From Convolutriloba macropyga (taxonomy: Eukaryota), in NCBI RefSeq assembly GCF_964194025.1, contig NC_134471.1, positions 23,932,001 to 23,996,000 on the forward strand: a DNA stretch of 64,000 nt, written 5' to 3'. The notes below the pieces were generated by a model. The model was not told the DNA's origin, did not search any database, and saw nothing but the letters and a program-made list of their open reading frames with translations. Shown piece by piece: positions 25,149 through 37,759 of the stretch; within the stretch, counting starts at the first letter, position 1; every line of letters begins with the position of its first letter. Position numbers and translations under genes: made by a program.

Positions 25149-27080
25149 GAATCATTTTCTCTCTTGTGAGCAACTTTTGAACGAGGGTGATTTTTAGCGT
25201 TTTTCTAAATAGCCTCGAATATGTTTGTTGCATTTAGTATGATGACGCTGGCGATCACTATTTTAATAACATACCATTTCCGTTTCAGTATGTTATCGGA
25301 TATATCACCTCGTGATAAATATTTATAATACGTTTCGTCTCTAATAAGTTTTTATTTCCGTTTATAACCAATTCTGCACATCTTAGTCCAGTTTTCAGGA
25401 TTATATTCGGTCTGTTTTGTTAGTGTTTGAGGAACGATCCGTCCTAGCGATTTCACCTCCGACGAAGAATGCCAGCTTCTGCACACGTTGATGAATCGTT
25501 GGATTTCGTTCGTATACGTTCCGAATTATAATCCCAAATTTCTGTCAGAAGATTTTAATTATGCAACGAACTTTCTTGTAGTTGTTGGGTGGTAACAGTT
25601 CTTTGCCAGTTGGTAACAGTTCTCGAGCGTAATTTTTCAACAATTAAAGATCAGGAATAACTTTTGCCAATGGCAAATACGAAATACTAAAAAGTTTTCA
25701 CAATTGTTCAAAATGCGTGCTTTTTTAAAGCAAAATCAATTTTGCGTTTTTGAAAACTTATGTGTTTTTGTTAACGTTTTTGTGTTTTTGTAAATTTTTT
25801 TGTGATTCTTTTTGCAAATTTAGACTAAGATAAAAAAGTTAATTCGCTCAAGAGTGTTCATTAGTCAGATAATTCTATTTATAATAAAAGTAATAATAAT
25901 AAATATTTTGACGCTCTGTTGTTCAGTAAAACAAACAGGTCGGATTTTTTGTCCGTACTTTGCTGAACTGATTTTTTGTAGTATTGATGACCGGATTGTG
26001 GCCCGATTTGATCGAGTTTCATACTTTTTGTAACCAAAGTTTGTATTTATGCAAAATGAAACTTGGTTAATTTAGTGTTTGATCAGTGTCTGCATATACT
26101 AACTGCTGCGCTCGTAAAGCAACTGAGTTTTCTTTTTTGCTTTGAAAGCAAATTTTTTATCGGTAAAATTTTTCGCATACTGGCTCATTTTGTGTTATTC
26201 TTTTAGTTGACCTACTATTGACTGCCATAGATTCATATCCAGTACCACGGGCTGCTGAGGCCTGGTCATAACCCACAAGCACTGCTATTTGACTTCATTT
26301 TATTGCTACTTCATTTTTCATTTGCAATGAATAAAATATCTTTTCTCGATTGCGAAACGATATGATTGAGTGAAAAATTTATCGCAACAATTTCTAATGA
26401 ATTTTCGACACCTTTCTTTGTTAGTTTTTTGTCTGTTTTTGTGTTTGATGACAATTTTCGTGACAGATTTTGTAAACGCTTTGAACAAAGATTATTTATT
26501 GTTGTCTTCCTTCGCGTGAAATTGTGTGGACGAATTTGAGATACTAATAAAATAGGATCGATATTTTATTATTTTTGGTTTTTCGAGTGGTTCAGAAAAA
26601 AGCCGGAATAAGAGATATCTGAGACTGAATTAATTTATGAATGACTCGAAAAGCATATGAACAAAGCTTTCAAAGAGCCGAGGATTTTAACAGAATAAAT
26701 ATCCATTAATTAGCAAGTTCATAAGAGTTTGTTTTTCAAGCCGTGTCCTGCCATAACCTTACGATTTTTGTCAGGGATTGAATTTGCAACCTCTGCCTAT
26801 ATCTCAATTTTCCCTATCACTCATCGTTGGCGGCAGCTCTTCATTTAAATAAACCTAAAAAGAATCCCTCGCTAGCATTAGTAGAGCATTTATGGAAAAT
26901 ATTAGTCGATAAGTTTTGGAGCCAATTATAACGCCTTTTGAAATGAGACTACCAATTTCTCAACCAATCATAAACGAGCATTTGAAACTGAAGTTTTAAT
27001 ATTTTCTAGTAAAAACTGAAAACGATTTAATAAATAGTTATCTTAAAATTAACGCGGGCCATGGCCATGCTTATGGGACT

Positions 27081-29808
27081 TGTTGGACGCATGAAATAAG
27101 CAGATACTGCGAGTAAGTTAGATAATTTAGGTCAATTTAGACAAGTTAATTAGGTGTTTGAAATAGGCGTTCCTTCTTAAAGGGTTATTGTTTCAAAGGC
27201 GCCAGAGAGGCGAGTTGAGTGATATATCTTAAACAAACAAATTGATGAACAAAAGCCTTTTTGAGCTGCCGATATATTTCGTTTACTTAGCAAAGTTCTA
27301 TTTATGCATCAGGCCAAAGTCGAAATGAGTGACTTAAGTTTAGAAGAAAACTAGAGAGCGAATATTTGAAATGAACTAGAAACTTTGAACAGAATTGGAA
27401 TTTCAGTTTGAAGTAACTAAAAGTGCGATTTCGAATTTGCAAAAGAATGGGCATTCGGAGATCTGGTACACCACTCTTTAAGTTATATTCAACATTGGAC
27501 TCTGACAGTTTGTGACGAGGTTCCCCTAGTGATTGTTCAACTATAGTATGGATGCGCGGCTAGTTACACTTTTTCGATCAGAGTTAGCACCGGAAGTGGT
27601 GTTATTCGGCGGTTTTTGATATTTTGCAGTATAAATTTGATAGTTTCTGGACGAATTAACGGTATAAAGCAGTCGTACTAATATGTACTGGTGCAGTAAT
27701 GTATTGGGTATACATGGGAATGGTTTAGAAAGTTGAGGGAGAAACTTATTGGAATTTTGAAATAAGAAAAGGCAATTTATCAGTTTTTCGAAGTACCCTG
27801 GGTACAAAATTTGTCCGACCCCTCCCGGGATGGGAAGGAGTTATTGGTTGATAACCAGTCAATGATGGGAGGAACCCCTAATGGTCCTCTATTGCGAGTA
27901 CAAATTTCAGGCCAATCAGACCACCCACCCTTCAGTTATTAACACCGTAAGTAGTGTGATTTGGGGGTTTTTAGGTGTGTTACTGTGAAATATGACTGTT
28001 TGGTGTAAGAAATAATGGGAATAATCAGTCGTAATGTCATGCACGTATGAATTAACGTTTTTGCATGATCTGGGAAGGGTTTAAGATGTAAAATGGCGAT
28101 TTTTGAGAATATTGGCAATTATCACAGGAATGTAGTTAGCACCTAATTTGAAATAGTATTTTTTCGAAAAGTTTGTTGGATTGACCTGAAATTTGGGAGA
28201 GACTAATTTGGGTACGAGAAATGCGATTTTGAGGTCGGATTTGACCCCAGACCAAACCGCACGGAACTAGCGGAAGTCGGTGCTTCGGGACGACCCGAGT
28301 GCCGAAAACCTGAAGTTGGCCTTTTTGAGCGGCCGAATGACTTTGAAATTGTATTAATATAATAACCCAGGACAGTTAGTGACAAAAAATACCCACCCTG
28401 GTCAATTTTGACGAACTCGGATTTTTCGGGTTTTGGCACCCACGACTCTTTAAAAATTTTTGAATAGCAAACGACTCGCAAGGGCTGATCCGTTGGTCAT
28501 GAAACTTGGCAGGCAAGTTGGTGGCACCCTATATTTGCTAGAAATTTTTACTTTGACGTTTTGACCACTACTTTGCGAGATATTGAGTTCTGAAATTTGG
28601 GGTCATCTGGGAGGTCGATGAAAAGTGTGCGCGGTTATTGCTCGTGTTCTATTGGGAGTTAGGCCACGAAATTTTTTGGGTAGGTGCAACTATGAGAGAA
28701 CTTTCCGTGACAATAGTTATCTTTATCAACTTGACCCCTCGTTTTGGACGGGTGACGTTTGGATGACCCCTAGAGGTCAAATTGTGGGCTTTTAGGAATA
28801 ATAGACTTTTCGGCATGTATAATTACAGGGAATTGCATGAAATGGTTTCAAGATTGGAAATAACAAATTCTCTTAGTTTTTGGGGTTGAGTTTAGTTATT
28901 TATTCAACACATGATTTTTGACAGGGATTGATTGCAGCTAGTTCATTTGATAGCAAAATTAGAGGAATAAGAACTTTACAGAGCAACCGTTAATGTTTAC
29001 TAAACAAAAACTGATTGTCATGACAAGTGCATATATGAGATAAAGCAGATTGGTCGTGTACTTGAGATAAGGAGAATGTTGAACAATGCCTGGTAGCAGT
29101 TGAATGGCAGAGCATAATTTGATATTGGTTTGTTTGCATAGCAATTAAAGCCCTCCTACAGAATGTGAAAGATTTCAAGTGTAAGTTGCAATGTTTACTT
29201 AAGAGATTAAGGTTTGTTTGCTTAAGATAAGAGCGTATTGTTTGAGTATAAATTGAAGTGGCACGCAGAGAGGGTCGAAAACGATTTGCTGAGACACAGC
29301 AGAAGTGCGACACAGAAGAGATTTTGGCACACGCGAGAAAGTAGTTGGTTTAGTGGGACTAAACTTTAAAAGATAGTGGGGAAAGCAGAGAGGATACTGT
29401 GAGTTTAGTGAGACTGAACTCTGGAAGTTTGTAATTGCAAGGCCAGTTGAGATACTGTGAGCGTTTTTGGTTTAGTTCATTTTGGAAGTGAACCACTGAT
29501 ACTATTATTAATATTCTTATTACTATTATAAATTGTCTTAAGCTTGTCTTTCCCTTGATGTGCAAGTAATTTTCTTACATTTGTTATCCATATAACTAGA
29601 ATTCATATTACGAGCCCCATTGTGAATTAACTTATATCAACGCAACCTAATTTGCAACAGCATACAAGAGTGGAAGAGGGGAAATAGCAGAGTAACAACT
29701 TAACGCTTGCTTCACCAATTCAAAACCTTTGGTTTATTTTATTTGATCGATCTTCTGGGCGACAGAGTCCCCTCACTGTTGAGCCTAGCAGAAATTCAGA
29801 AGACGACA
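27081..29808 (+). mobile_element. Solo LTR, 2728 bp, flanked by 5-bp TSD GGACT
   Basis: Starts TGTTGGACGC and ends GAAGACGACA (TG...CA). GGACT at 27076-27080 and 29809-29813. Direct repeat of 33371-36126 with scattered substitutions and indels. Confidence 0.88.
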
Positions 29809-31083
29809 GGACTTATATGAAACTATCACAACCGAACATGAGACCAATTAATCCAATTAGTATTTTTCTTGGTAATCAATTAAAAATTTAGGGTAATTAA
29901 GGGAAACTTTTTTGTTTTCGGCTGTTTTTAAATCAAGTCAGGCTTCGGCGCTTTCTAACGTCGGCTCTTAATAACGTCGGCTCTGTTGCACGTAACCTGA
30001 ACAATTATTGTTTGCTTAAAGTTTATCTCGATCCAATCTATTGTCCTCAAAAATAATATCGCTACTTCATTGTAATTGGTTCAGAATTTCGCGCTCATTT
30101 CAGTTAAGGTGATATGATTGTTTGACATTTATTGGGTGAAAAATTTATTGATTTTGTGTGCGATTTTAATCGCACAGGTATGTGTCGCCATAGTTGTGTA
30201 CGTCCGCGGAAAATGATCATGCCTTAGCGGCCCACTAAATTACCACGACCGAAGAGGTTATTCTCGCATTATCATTTGTGCCTTAATATAATTGGTTAAC
30301 GAAAAATATGCCTCCTTTCCGGCCAATATTCCATATTGTTAATTTTATTTTGATTTTATTTTAATTTAATTTAATATTCACGACTCTGAATTGGCTAACA
30401 TGCATTTCCAATTGTGTTTTGTGTTTTCAGCGAAGAATCAAGTTTATGCTTGTGAATACAGACAATTTTCGTTTAGTTTACATCTTCGATTGTATTTCGA
30501 GGTCAAAGATAAGTTTTTGTTGAGCAAATTTGATGAATGGCTTCGACCGAACCTGATTTTGATCTAAAAGAAAGTGGGCGTTTGAATGTACTATACTCGA
30601 ATACAAATTTAGTGGGTAAAATTTTATACTTCGCTTAGCCTAAATCGTTTCAATTGAACTTGGTTTCTTAGTGAGAGAAAATGATTCTTTAGTTGACTTG
30701 GACCAAAACGTTTGGGCGGCGGATCCAGTGTACAATGGCTCCTCAAAAGAAGGCCGAACATCCAACGATGACAGAACGGGAGATGTTTTTAAATGTAAAA
30801 AGTGCCGAAGGGCACTGTTCTATTCAGACAGTCTTATAACTCATCTAAATGGTAAATATATCTCCTGATATAACGTGAATGTAGGCATCATTTTTAGCGA
30901 ATATTAGCTAAGATTTATGCGTCCATTGAGCAAATTTTAAACAATAGTTTTTCGTGTTTTCTTGCCAAATACATGATCAGTTGAAACTGTTCCATTTGTC
31001 AAAGTCAAAAGACCGCTGGTGCCTATTATCACCGCAAAGGTTGTTGAACAGATAGACTTCACTATTTTCCATCCGTTTCCTCC
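29809..31083 (+). repeat. Host intron/exon segment duplicated at 36127-37410
   Basis: Near-identical, with a few SNPs and one ~9-bp indel; identity ends at CCATCCGTTTCCTCC (31083/37410). Confidence 0.92.
30672..30851 (+). CDS. DUSP12: DUSP12 exon 2, copy A (…VWAADP…FKCKKCRRALFYSDSLITHLN)
   Basis: TTTCTTAG| acceptor and G|GTAAAT donor; CxxC..R.LF....I..H start of the YVH1 zinc-binding domain; same translation as copy B. Confidence 0.8.
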
Positions 31084-33370
31084 TGGGTGGGCTTCATTTC
31101 TTTGTTACTTTTTACTGTGATTTTTTTTCCAGTTAGTTAGAGAGCGTGCGATATTTTTCTTCGGAGAAACTGCTATGAGCGCTCCAAAAGTTGACTATGT
31201 TTGATTATGTTTGGTTATCAATTGGTGAAGCGTTTTCCTTCACCAGGCTACCAAGTTTGGGAAGTTTGGCGTGAACATTATTTGAGCACTGGCTTGAAAC
31301 TGGGATGGACGGAAGAAGAGATGATGAAGTGGTTGCCTACAAAATTGTGTGGGTGGGCCTTGAATGCAGGAAGTGATTTACCAAGAGGTTATTGGCGGTC
31401 GACTCCAGGGAAGCAAGCATGGACACTGACAGAGACGTTGTATCAATTTGATATACGATTGTCTGACAATCCTTTTTTTTGAGCGAAGCTACACTTTGTT
31501 TGTGAAAGGGAAAGCGGGAAGTGGAGCGGAATTCTTTGAAACCAGTAATATTTTGGGTCAGAGAACGCGACCGCAGTGTTCCCAAAGGCAGGTGATTGAT
31601 ACAAGTAGAAGCAATGACAATTCTTTAATGGATGAATTTCGGCAACCCGGCAAAGATTCTGAAGGGTTGAGCATTGGGTCCAGCTGTGGTGTATCAAGAA
31701 AAGGAGCTTTCAGTAAAGATGTGTTTGGAGAAGTGGAAGAAACGAGAATTAGTGAGAGTGCTAGTACAATAAGAATTCCAGGTTACGGCAATGAAGTGCA
31801 ACCTGGAACTGAGGTAGAGTTTACGGAGGAAGTTTGTGGTCAAGTAAATCAGGAAACTTATAGAGCAGCGCTAAGCGAATATGAAAACAGTGGCTTCAGA
31901 AAAATTCTGACAGAAGAAAAAATCATCGAGTGGAGTGTTGAGTCTTGTGGACCAGATGAGCATCATGCTATGGAAAAAATTGTGTGCTGTCACCAGAGTC
32001 TGGGGAGCTAAGCGATGAACAGTCGGATGATTAATATTTGTTTGAAGATGTTTTGGATACAGATTTTTTGGATGTAGAGGAACTTGATAACAACGGTGCA
32101 AGAAGCGAGACAAGTTTTGCCTCGAGTTTGAACTCAGTAGCATGCGATAATGTAACTGCAATAGCGATCAATATTGGCGGTGGTGTCAAAGCTAGCAGAA
32201 ACGATATGTTGGAAGCCTGGGGCTTGATGGAGTTTAAGACAGGATGTTCGGACCAGAAGTTCTGCAATGCAACACACGGGGCTGATGAGACACAAAAGCG
32301 TACAACTGAGTGCACTGTGGAAAATTTGGAGAGTTGGACAACTTCAGGAGGAATTGATCGGCAGTTGGTATGTGAAACACAGAGCGGTTAAAACGATAAG
32401 GCAGCAAGTGACCGATGTAATTTGTCACAGTTGGGAGAGGAGCTGGAGGAATGGGTGCAATCGCAATTGAATGAAAGTCAGCTTAGTTGTAGTGTTTCGG
32501 TCGAACCAACGGATGATCATCAAAGGGAAAGTGCTGGAATTGACAGAACAGGGAAATTCGATCAGAAGTCAATGGCTACAGTGTTGTACAGTTTGGTTCA
32601 TGATGATCAACAGCCTAGGAGGGAGGACTCTAGAAGGTTTTCGATGGAAGTTGAGCAGAAAGTGGAGAGAAGGATTGCATCACGATTTCCGAAGATCGAA
32701 AAAACTGTTGCTGGAGAACCGATCGTTGAGCCGGAAAGAGAGGTGGAGCCGTTTGAAAGCATCAAGACAGCAGTCATGGCAGCATAACAGGAGAAATGGT
32801 GGCTACAGTGGAAGAAGAGTTGGTCAACCATTCAAACATCACAGGAAGAAGGTTTTCATGTACAGGTGCACGAGTGTATGAGGAGTTGGACGTTGACAGC
32901 TAAGTTATTCAAGCCCTTTCTACACAATTCTTGCCTACATTGTATAAATCTATTTTATCAAGACAAGTTAGTTGATCAAGCACTACAGCCTTAGAGAAAA
33001 TTTTCAAAAAAAGGTTTAGGGAAATGTGTAGTTTTGGTAGATCTATATTTAGATTTGTTTTTTTTTACTTTAGTGATTTTGGGGTTCCTGGGGAGGATGT
33101 TTGACAGAGGCAATACAGTTTGATCAAAAATCAATGTTGATGAGTTAGGTAGAATATGTTAAAATGTGAAAATGCGAAAGTGTTCAAATCTGATTTAATC
33201 AACCGCTTTATTCAAAGTTTAGTGCAGTTAGTTTATGTTAATCCGGAGCTAAAATTAAATGGTTCACTTCCGTAGGTCGACTATGGTTAAAGTACGTAGG
33301 AGTAAGTTAATCGGGTCACAGGATAACGGCTTGCAATTATTCGGGAGAATAATAATCTAGGAGGGAGGAG
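31084..33370 (+). mobile_element. 3' internal region of the LTR retrotransposon, with decayed ORFs (31201-31482 weakly gag/capsid-like) and a polypurine tract
   Basis: Fragmented + strand ORFs. WEVWREHY...GWTEEEMMKWLPTKLCGWA resembles a retrotransposon gag N-terminal pattern. PPT AGGAGGGAGGAG at 33359-33370 directly precedes the TG of the LTR. No RT, RNase H or integrase motifs seen. Confidence 0.7.
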
Positions 33371-36126
33371 TGTAGGACGCATGAAATAAGCAGATACTGC
33401 GAGTAAGTTAGTTTATTTGGGTCAATTTTGACAAGTTAATTAGGTGTTTGAAATAGGCGTTCTTTCTTAAAGGGTTATTGTTTCAAAAGCGCCAGAGAGG
33501 CGAGCTGAGTGATATATCATAAACAAACAAATTGATGAACAAAAGCCTTTTTGAGCTGTCGATATATTTCGTTTACTTAGCAAAGTTGTATTTGTGCGTC
33601 AGGCCAAAATCGAAATGAGTGACTTAAGTTTAGAAAAAAACTAGAGAGCGAATATTTGAAATGAACTAGAAACTTTGAACAGAATTGGAATTTCAGTTTG
33701 AAGTAACTAAAAGTGCGATTTCGAATTTGCAAAAGAATGGGCATTCGGAGACCTGGTACACCACTCTTTAAGTTATATTCAACATTGGACTCTGACAGTT
33801 TGTGACGAGGTTCCCCTAGTGATTGTTCAACTATAGTATGGATGCGCGGCCAGTTACACTTTTTCGATCAGAGTTAGCACCGGAAGTGGTGTTATTCGAC
33901 GGTTTTTGATGTTTTGCAGTATAAATTTGATAGTTTCTGGACGAATTAACGGTATAAAGCAGTCGTACTAGCATGTACTGGTGCAGTAATGTATTGGGTA
34001 ATCATGGGAAATGTTTAGAAAGTTGTGGGAGAAACTTATTGGAATTTTGAAATAAGAAAAGGCAATTTATCAGGTTTTCGAAGTACCCTGGGTACAAAAT
34101 TTGTCCGACCCCTCCCGAGATGGGAAGGAGTTATTAGTTGATAACCAGTCAATGATGGTAGGAACCCCTAATGGTCCTCTATTGCGAGTAAAAATTTCAG
34201 GCCAATCAGACCACCCACCCTTCAGTTATTAACACCGTAAGTAGTGTGATTTGGAGGTTTTTAGTTGTGTTACTGTGAAATATGACTGTTTGGAGTAAGA
34301 AATAATGGAAATAATCAGTCGTAATGTCATGCACGTATGAATTAACGTTTTTGCATGACCTGGGAAGGATTTAAGATGTAAAATGGCGATATTTGAGAAT
34401 ATTGGCAATTATCACAGGAATGTAGTTAGCACCCAATTTGAAAGTATTTTTTCGAAAAGTTTAAGTTGGATTGACCTGAAATTTGGGATAGACCAATTTG
34501 GGTACAAGGAATGCGATTTTGAGATGGGATTAGATCCCAGACCAAACCGCACTTAACTAGCGGAAGTCGGTGCTTCGGGACGACCCGAGTGCCGAAAACC
34601 GGAAATTGGCCTTTTTGAGCGGCCGAATGACTTTGAAATTGTATTAATATGATAACCCAGGACAGTTAGTGACAAAAATACCCGCCCCGGTCAATTTTGA
34701 TAAACTCGGATATTTTGGGTTTTGGCACCCACGACTCTTTAAAATTTTTCGAATTGCAAACGACTCGCAAGGGCTGATCCGTTGGTCATGAAACTTGGCA
34801 GGCAAGTTAGTGGCACCCTATATTTACTAGAAATTATTACCCAAAGACGTTTTGACCACTACTTCGCGAGATATTGAGTTCTGAAGTTTGGGGTCATCTG
34901 GGAGGTCAATGAAAAGTGTGCGCGGTTATTGCTTGTGTTCTATTGGGAGTTAGGCCACGAAATTTTGTGGGTAGGTGCAACTATGAGAGAACTTTCCGTG
35001 ACAATAGTTATCTTTATCAACTTGACCCCTCGTTTTGGACGGGTGACGTTTGGATGACCCCTAGAGGTCAAATTGTGGGCTTTTAGGATTATTAGACTTT
35101 TCGGCATGTATAATTACAGGGAATTGCATGAAATGGTTTCAAGATTGGAAATAACAATTTCTCTTAGTTTTCGGGTTGAGTTTAGTTATTTATTCAACAC
35201 ATGATTTTTGACAGGGATTGATTGCAGCTAGTTCATTTGATAGCAAAATTAGAGGAATAAGAACTTTACAGAGCAACATTTAATGGTTACTAAACAAAAA
35301 CTGATTGTCATGTCAAGTGCATATGTGAGATAAAGCGGATTGGATTTGTTTACATAAGAGTCCAAAGGTCGTGTACTTAAGATAAGGAGAATGTTGAACA
35401 ATGCTTGGTAGCAATTGAATGGCAGAGCATAATTTGATATTGGTTTGTTTGCATAGCAATTAAAGCCCTCCTACAGAATGTGAAAGATTTTAAGTGTAAG
35501 TTGCAATGTTTACTTAAGAGATTAATGTTTGTTTGCTTAAGATAAGAGCGTATTGGTTGAGTATAAATTGAAGTGGCACGCAGAGAGGGTCGAAAACGAT
35601 TTGCTGAGACACAGCAGAAGTGCGACACAGAAGAGATTTTGGCACAAGCGAGAGAAAGTAGTTGGTTTAGTGGGACTAAACTTTAAAAGATAGTGGGGAA
35701 AGCAGAGAGGATACTGAGAGTTTAGTGAGACTGAACTCTGGAAGTTTGTTACTGCAAGGCCAGTTGGGATAGTGTGAGTGTTTTTGGTTTAGTTCATTTT
35801 GGAAGTGAACCACTGATACTATTATTATTATTCTAATTACTATTATAAATTGTCTTAAGTTTGTCTTTTCCATTGATGTGCAAGTAATTTTCTTACATTT
35901 GTTATCCATATAATTAGAATTCATATTACGAGCCCCATTGTGAATTAACTTATTTCAACGCAACCTAATTTGCAACAGCATACGAGAGTGGAAGGGGGGA
36001 ATTAGCAGAGTAACAAAGTAACGCTTGCTTCACCAATTCAAAACCTTTAGTTTATTTTATTTGATCGATCTTCTGGGCGACAGAGTCCCCTCACTGTTGA
36101 GCCTAGCAGAAATTCAGAAGACGACA
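33371..36126 (+). mobile_element. 3' LTR, 2756 bp
   Basis: TGTAGGACGC...GAAGACGACA, preceded by the PPT and followed by TSD GGACT (36127-36131). Confidence 0.88.
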
Positions 36127-36998
36127 GGACTTATATGAAACTATCACAACCGAACATGAGACCAATTAATCCAATTAGTATTTTTCTTGGTAATCAATTA
36201 ACAATTTAGGGTAATTAAGGGAAACTTTTTTGTTTTCGGCTGTTTTTAAATCAAGTCAGGCTTCGGCGCTTTCTAACGTCGGCTCTTTATAACGTCGGCT
36301 CTGTTGCACGTAACCTGAACAATTATTGTTTGCTTAAAGTTTATCTCGATCCAATCTATTGTCCTCAAAAATAATATCAAAAGTATCGCTACTTCATTGT
36401 AATTGGTTCAGAATTTCGCGCTCATTTCAGTTAAGGTGATATGATTGTTTGACATTTATTGGGTGAAAAATTTATTGATTTTGTGTGCGATTTTAATCGC
36501 ACAGGTATGTGTCGCCATAGTTGTGTACGTCCGCGGAAAATGATCATGCCTTAGCGGCCCACTAAATTACCACGACCGAAGAGGTTATTCTCGCATTATC
36601 ATTTGTGCCTTAATATAATTGGTTAACGAAAAATATGCCTCCTTTCCGGCCAATATTCCATATTGTTAATTTTATTTTGATTTTATTTTAATTTAATTTA
36701 ATATTCACGACTCTGAATTGGCTAACATGCATTTCCAATTGTGTTTTGTGTTTTCAGCGAAGAATCAAGTTTATGCTTGTGAATACAGACAATTTTCGTT
36801 TAGTTTACATCTTCGATTGTATTTCGAGGTCAAAGATAAGTTTTTGTTGAGCAAATTTGATGAATGGCTTCGACCGAACCTGATTTTGATCTAAAAGAAA
36901 GTGGGCGTTTGAATGTACTATAATCGAATACAAATTTAGTGGGTAAAATTTTATACTTCGCTTAGCCTAAATCGTTTCAATTGAACTTGGTTTCTTAG

Positions 36999-37178
36999 TG
37001 AGAGAAAATGATTCTTTAGTTGACTTGGACCAAAACGTTTGGGCGGCGGATCCAGTGTACAATGGCTCCTCAAAAGAAGGCCGAACATCCAACGATGACA
37101 GAACGGGAGATGTTTTTAAATGTAAAAAGTGCCGAAGGGCACTGTTCTATTCAGACAGTCTTATAACTCATCTAAATG
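36999..37178 (+). CDS. DUSP12: DUSP12 exon 2, copy B
   Basis: Same as copy A; contiguous with the intron leading to exon 3. Confidence 0.88.
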
Positions 37179-37485
37179 GTAAATATATCTCCTGATATAA
37201 CGTGAATGTAGGCATCATTTTTAGCGAATATTAGCTAAGATTTATGCGTCCATTGAGCAAATTTTAAACAATAGTTTTTCGTGTTTTCTTGCCAAATACA
37301 TGATCAGTTGAAACTGTTCCATTTGTCAAAGTCAAAAGACCGCTGGTGCCTATTATCACCGCAAAGGTTGTTGAACAGATAGACTTCACTATTTTCCATC
37401 CGTTTCCTCCGAGTCCGTAAATCTATCTGTTTAGTATGTTAGATCCATTCTTAATTTGAATCGTTGACCAGGGAATTGTTTTCAG

Positions 37486-37674
37486 AAAGCACAGCTCCAC
37501 GCGATGGCTTCAAGAGAAAGAACGTGTCCAAAAAGCCAGTTGCTGCCAGTAGTAAAAGACAATCACATATGGCAGCCAATAACAGAAATAGTGGTGGTGA
37601 TATTGGCAACTGTTCCAGTTTATTTGTAGAGCCAGTCAAGTGGATGGAGATTCTGATTCTGGGCGTGCTATCAG
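37486..37674 (+). CDS. DUSP12: DUSP12 exon 3 (…GNCSSLFVEPVKWMEILILGVLSG)
   Basis: TTGTTTTCAG| acceptor and G|GTCAGT donor, phase 1-1; CxxxFxEPxxWM YVH1 motif. Confidence 0.92.
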
Positions 37675-37759
37675 GTCAGTCTTGTTTTGTAGCTGCGAAG
37701 CTGTAAGCTGAGCGGAGCTACATTGCTATCATCGTGTTTTTTTTACAATTCAAAGAATC

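Noticed and set aside
27081-37410. A single intact LTR element whose LTRs captured DUSP12 exon 2
   Set aside because: TG…CA ends and the GGACT TSD place the LTR end at 29808/36126; the exon lies in flanking host DNA.
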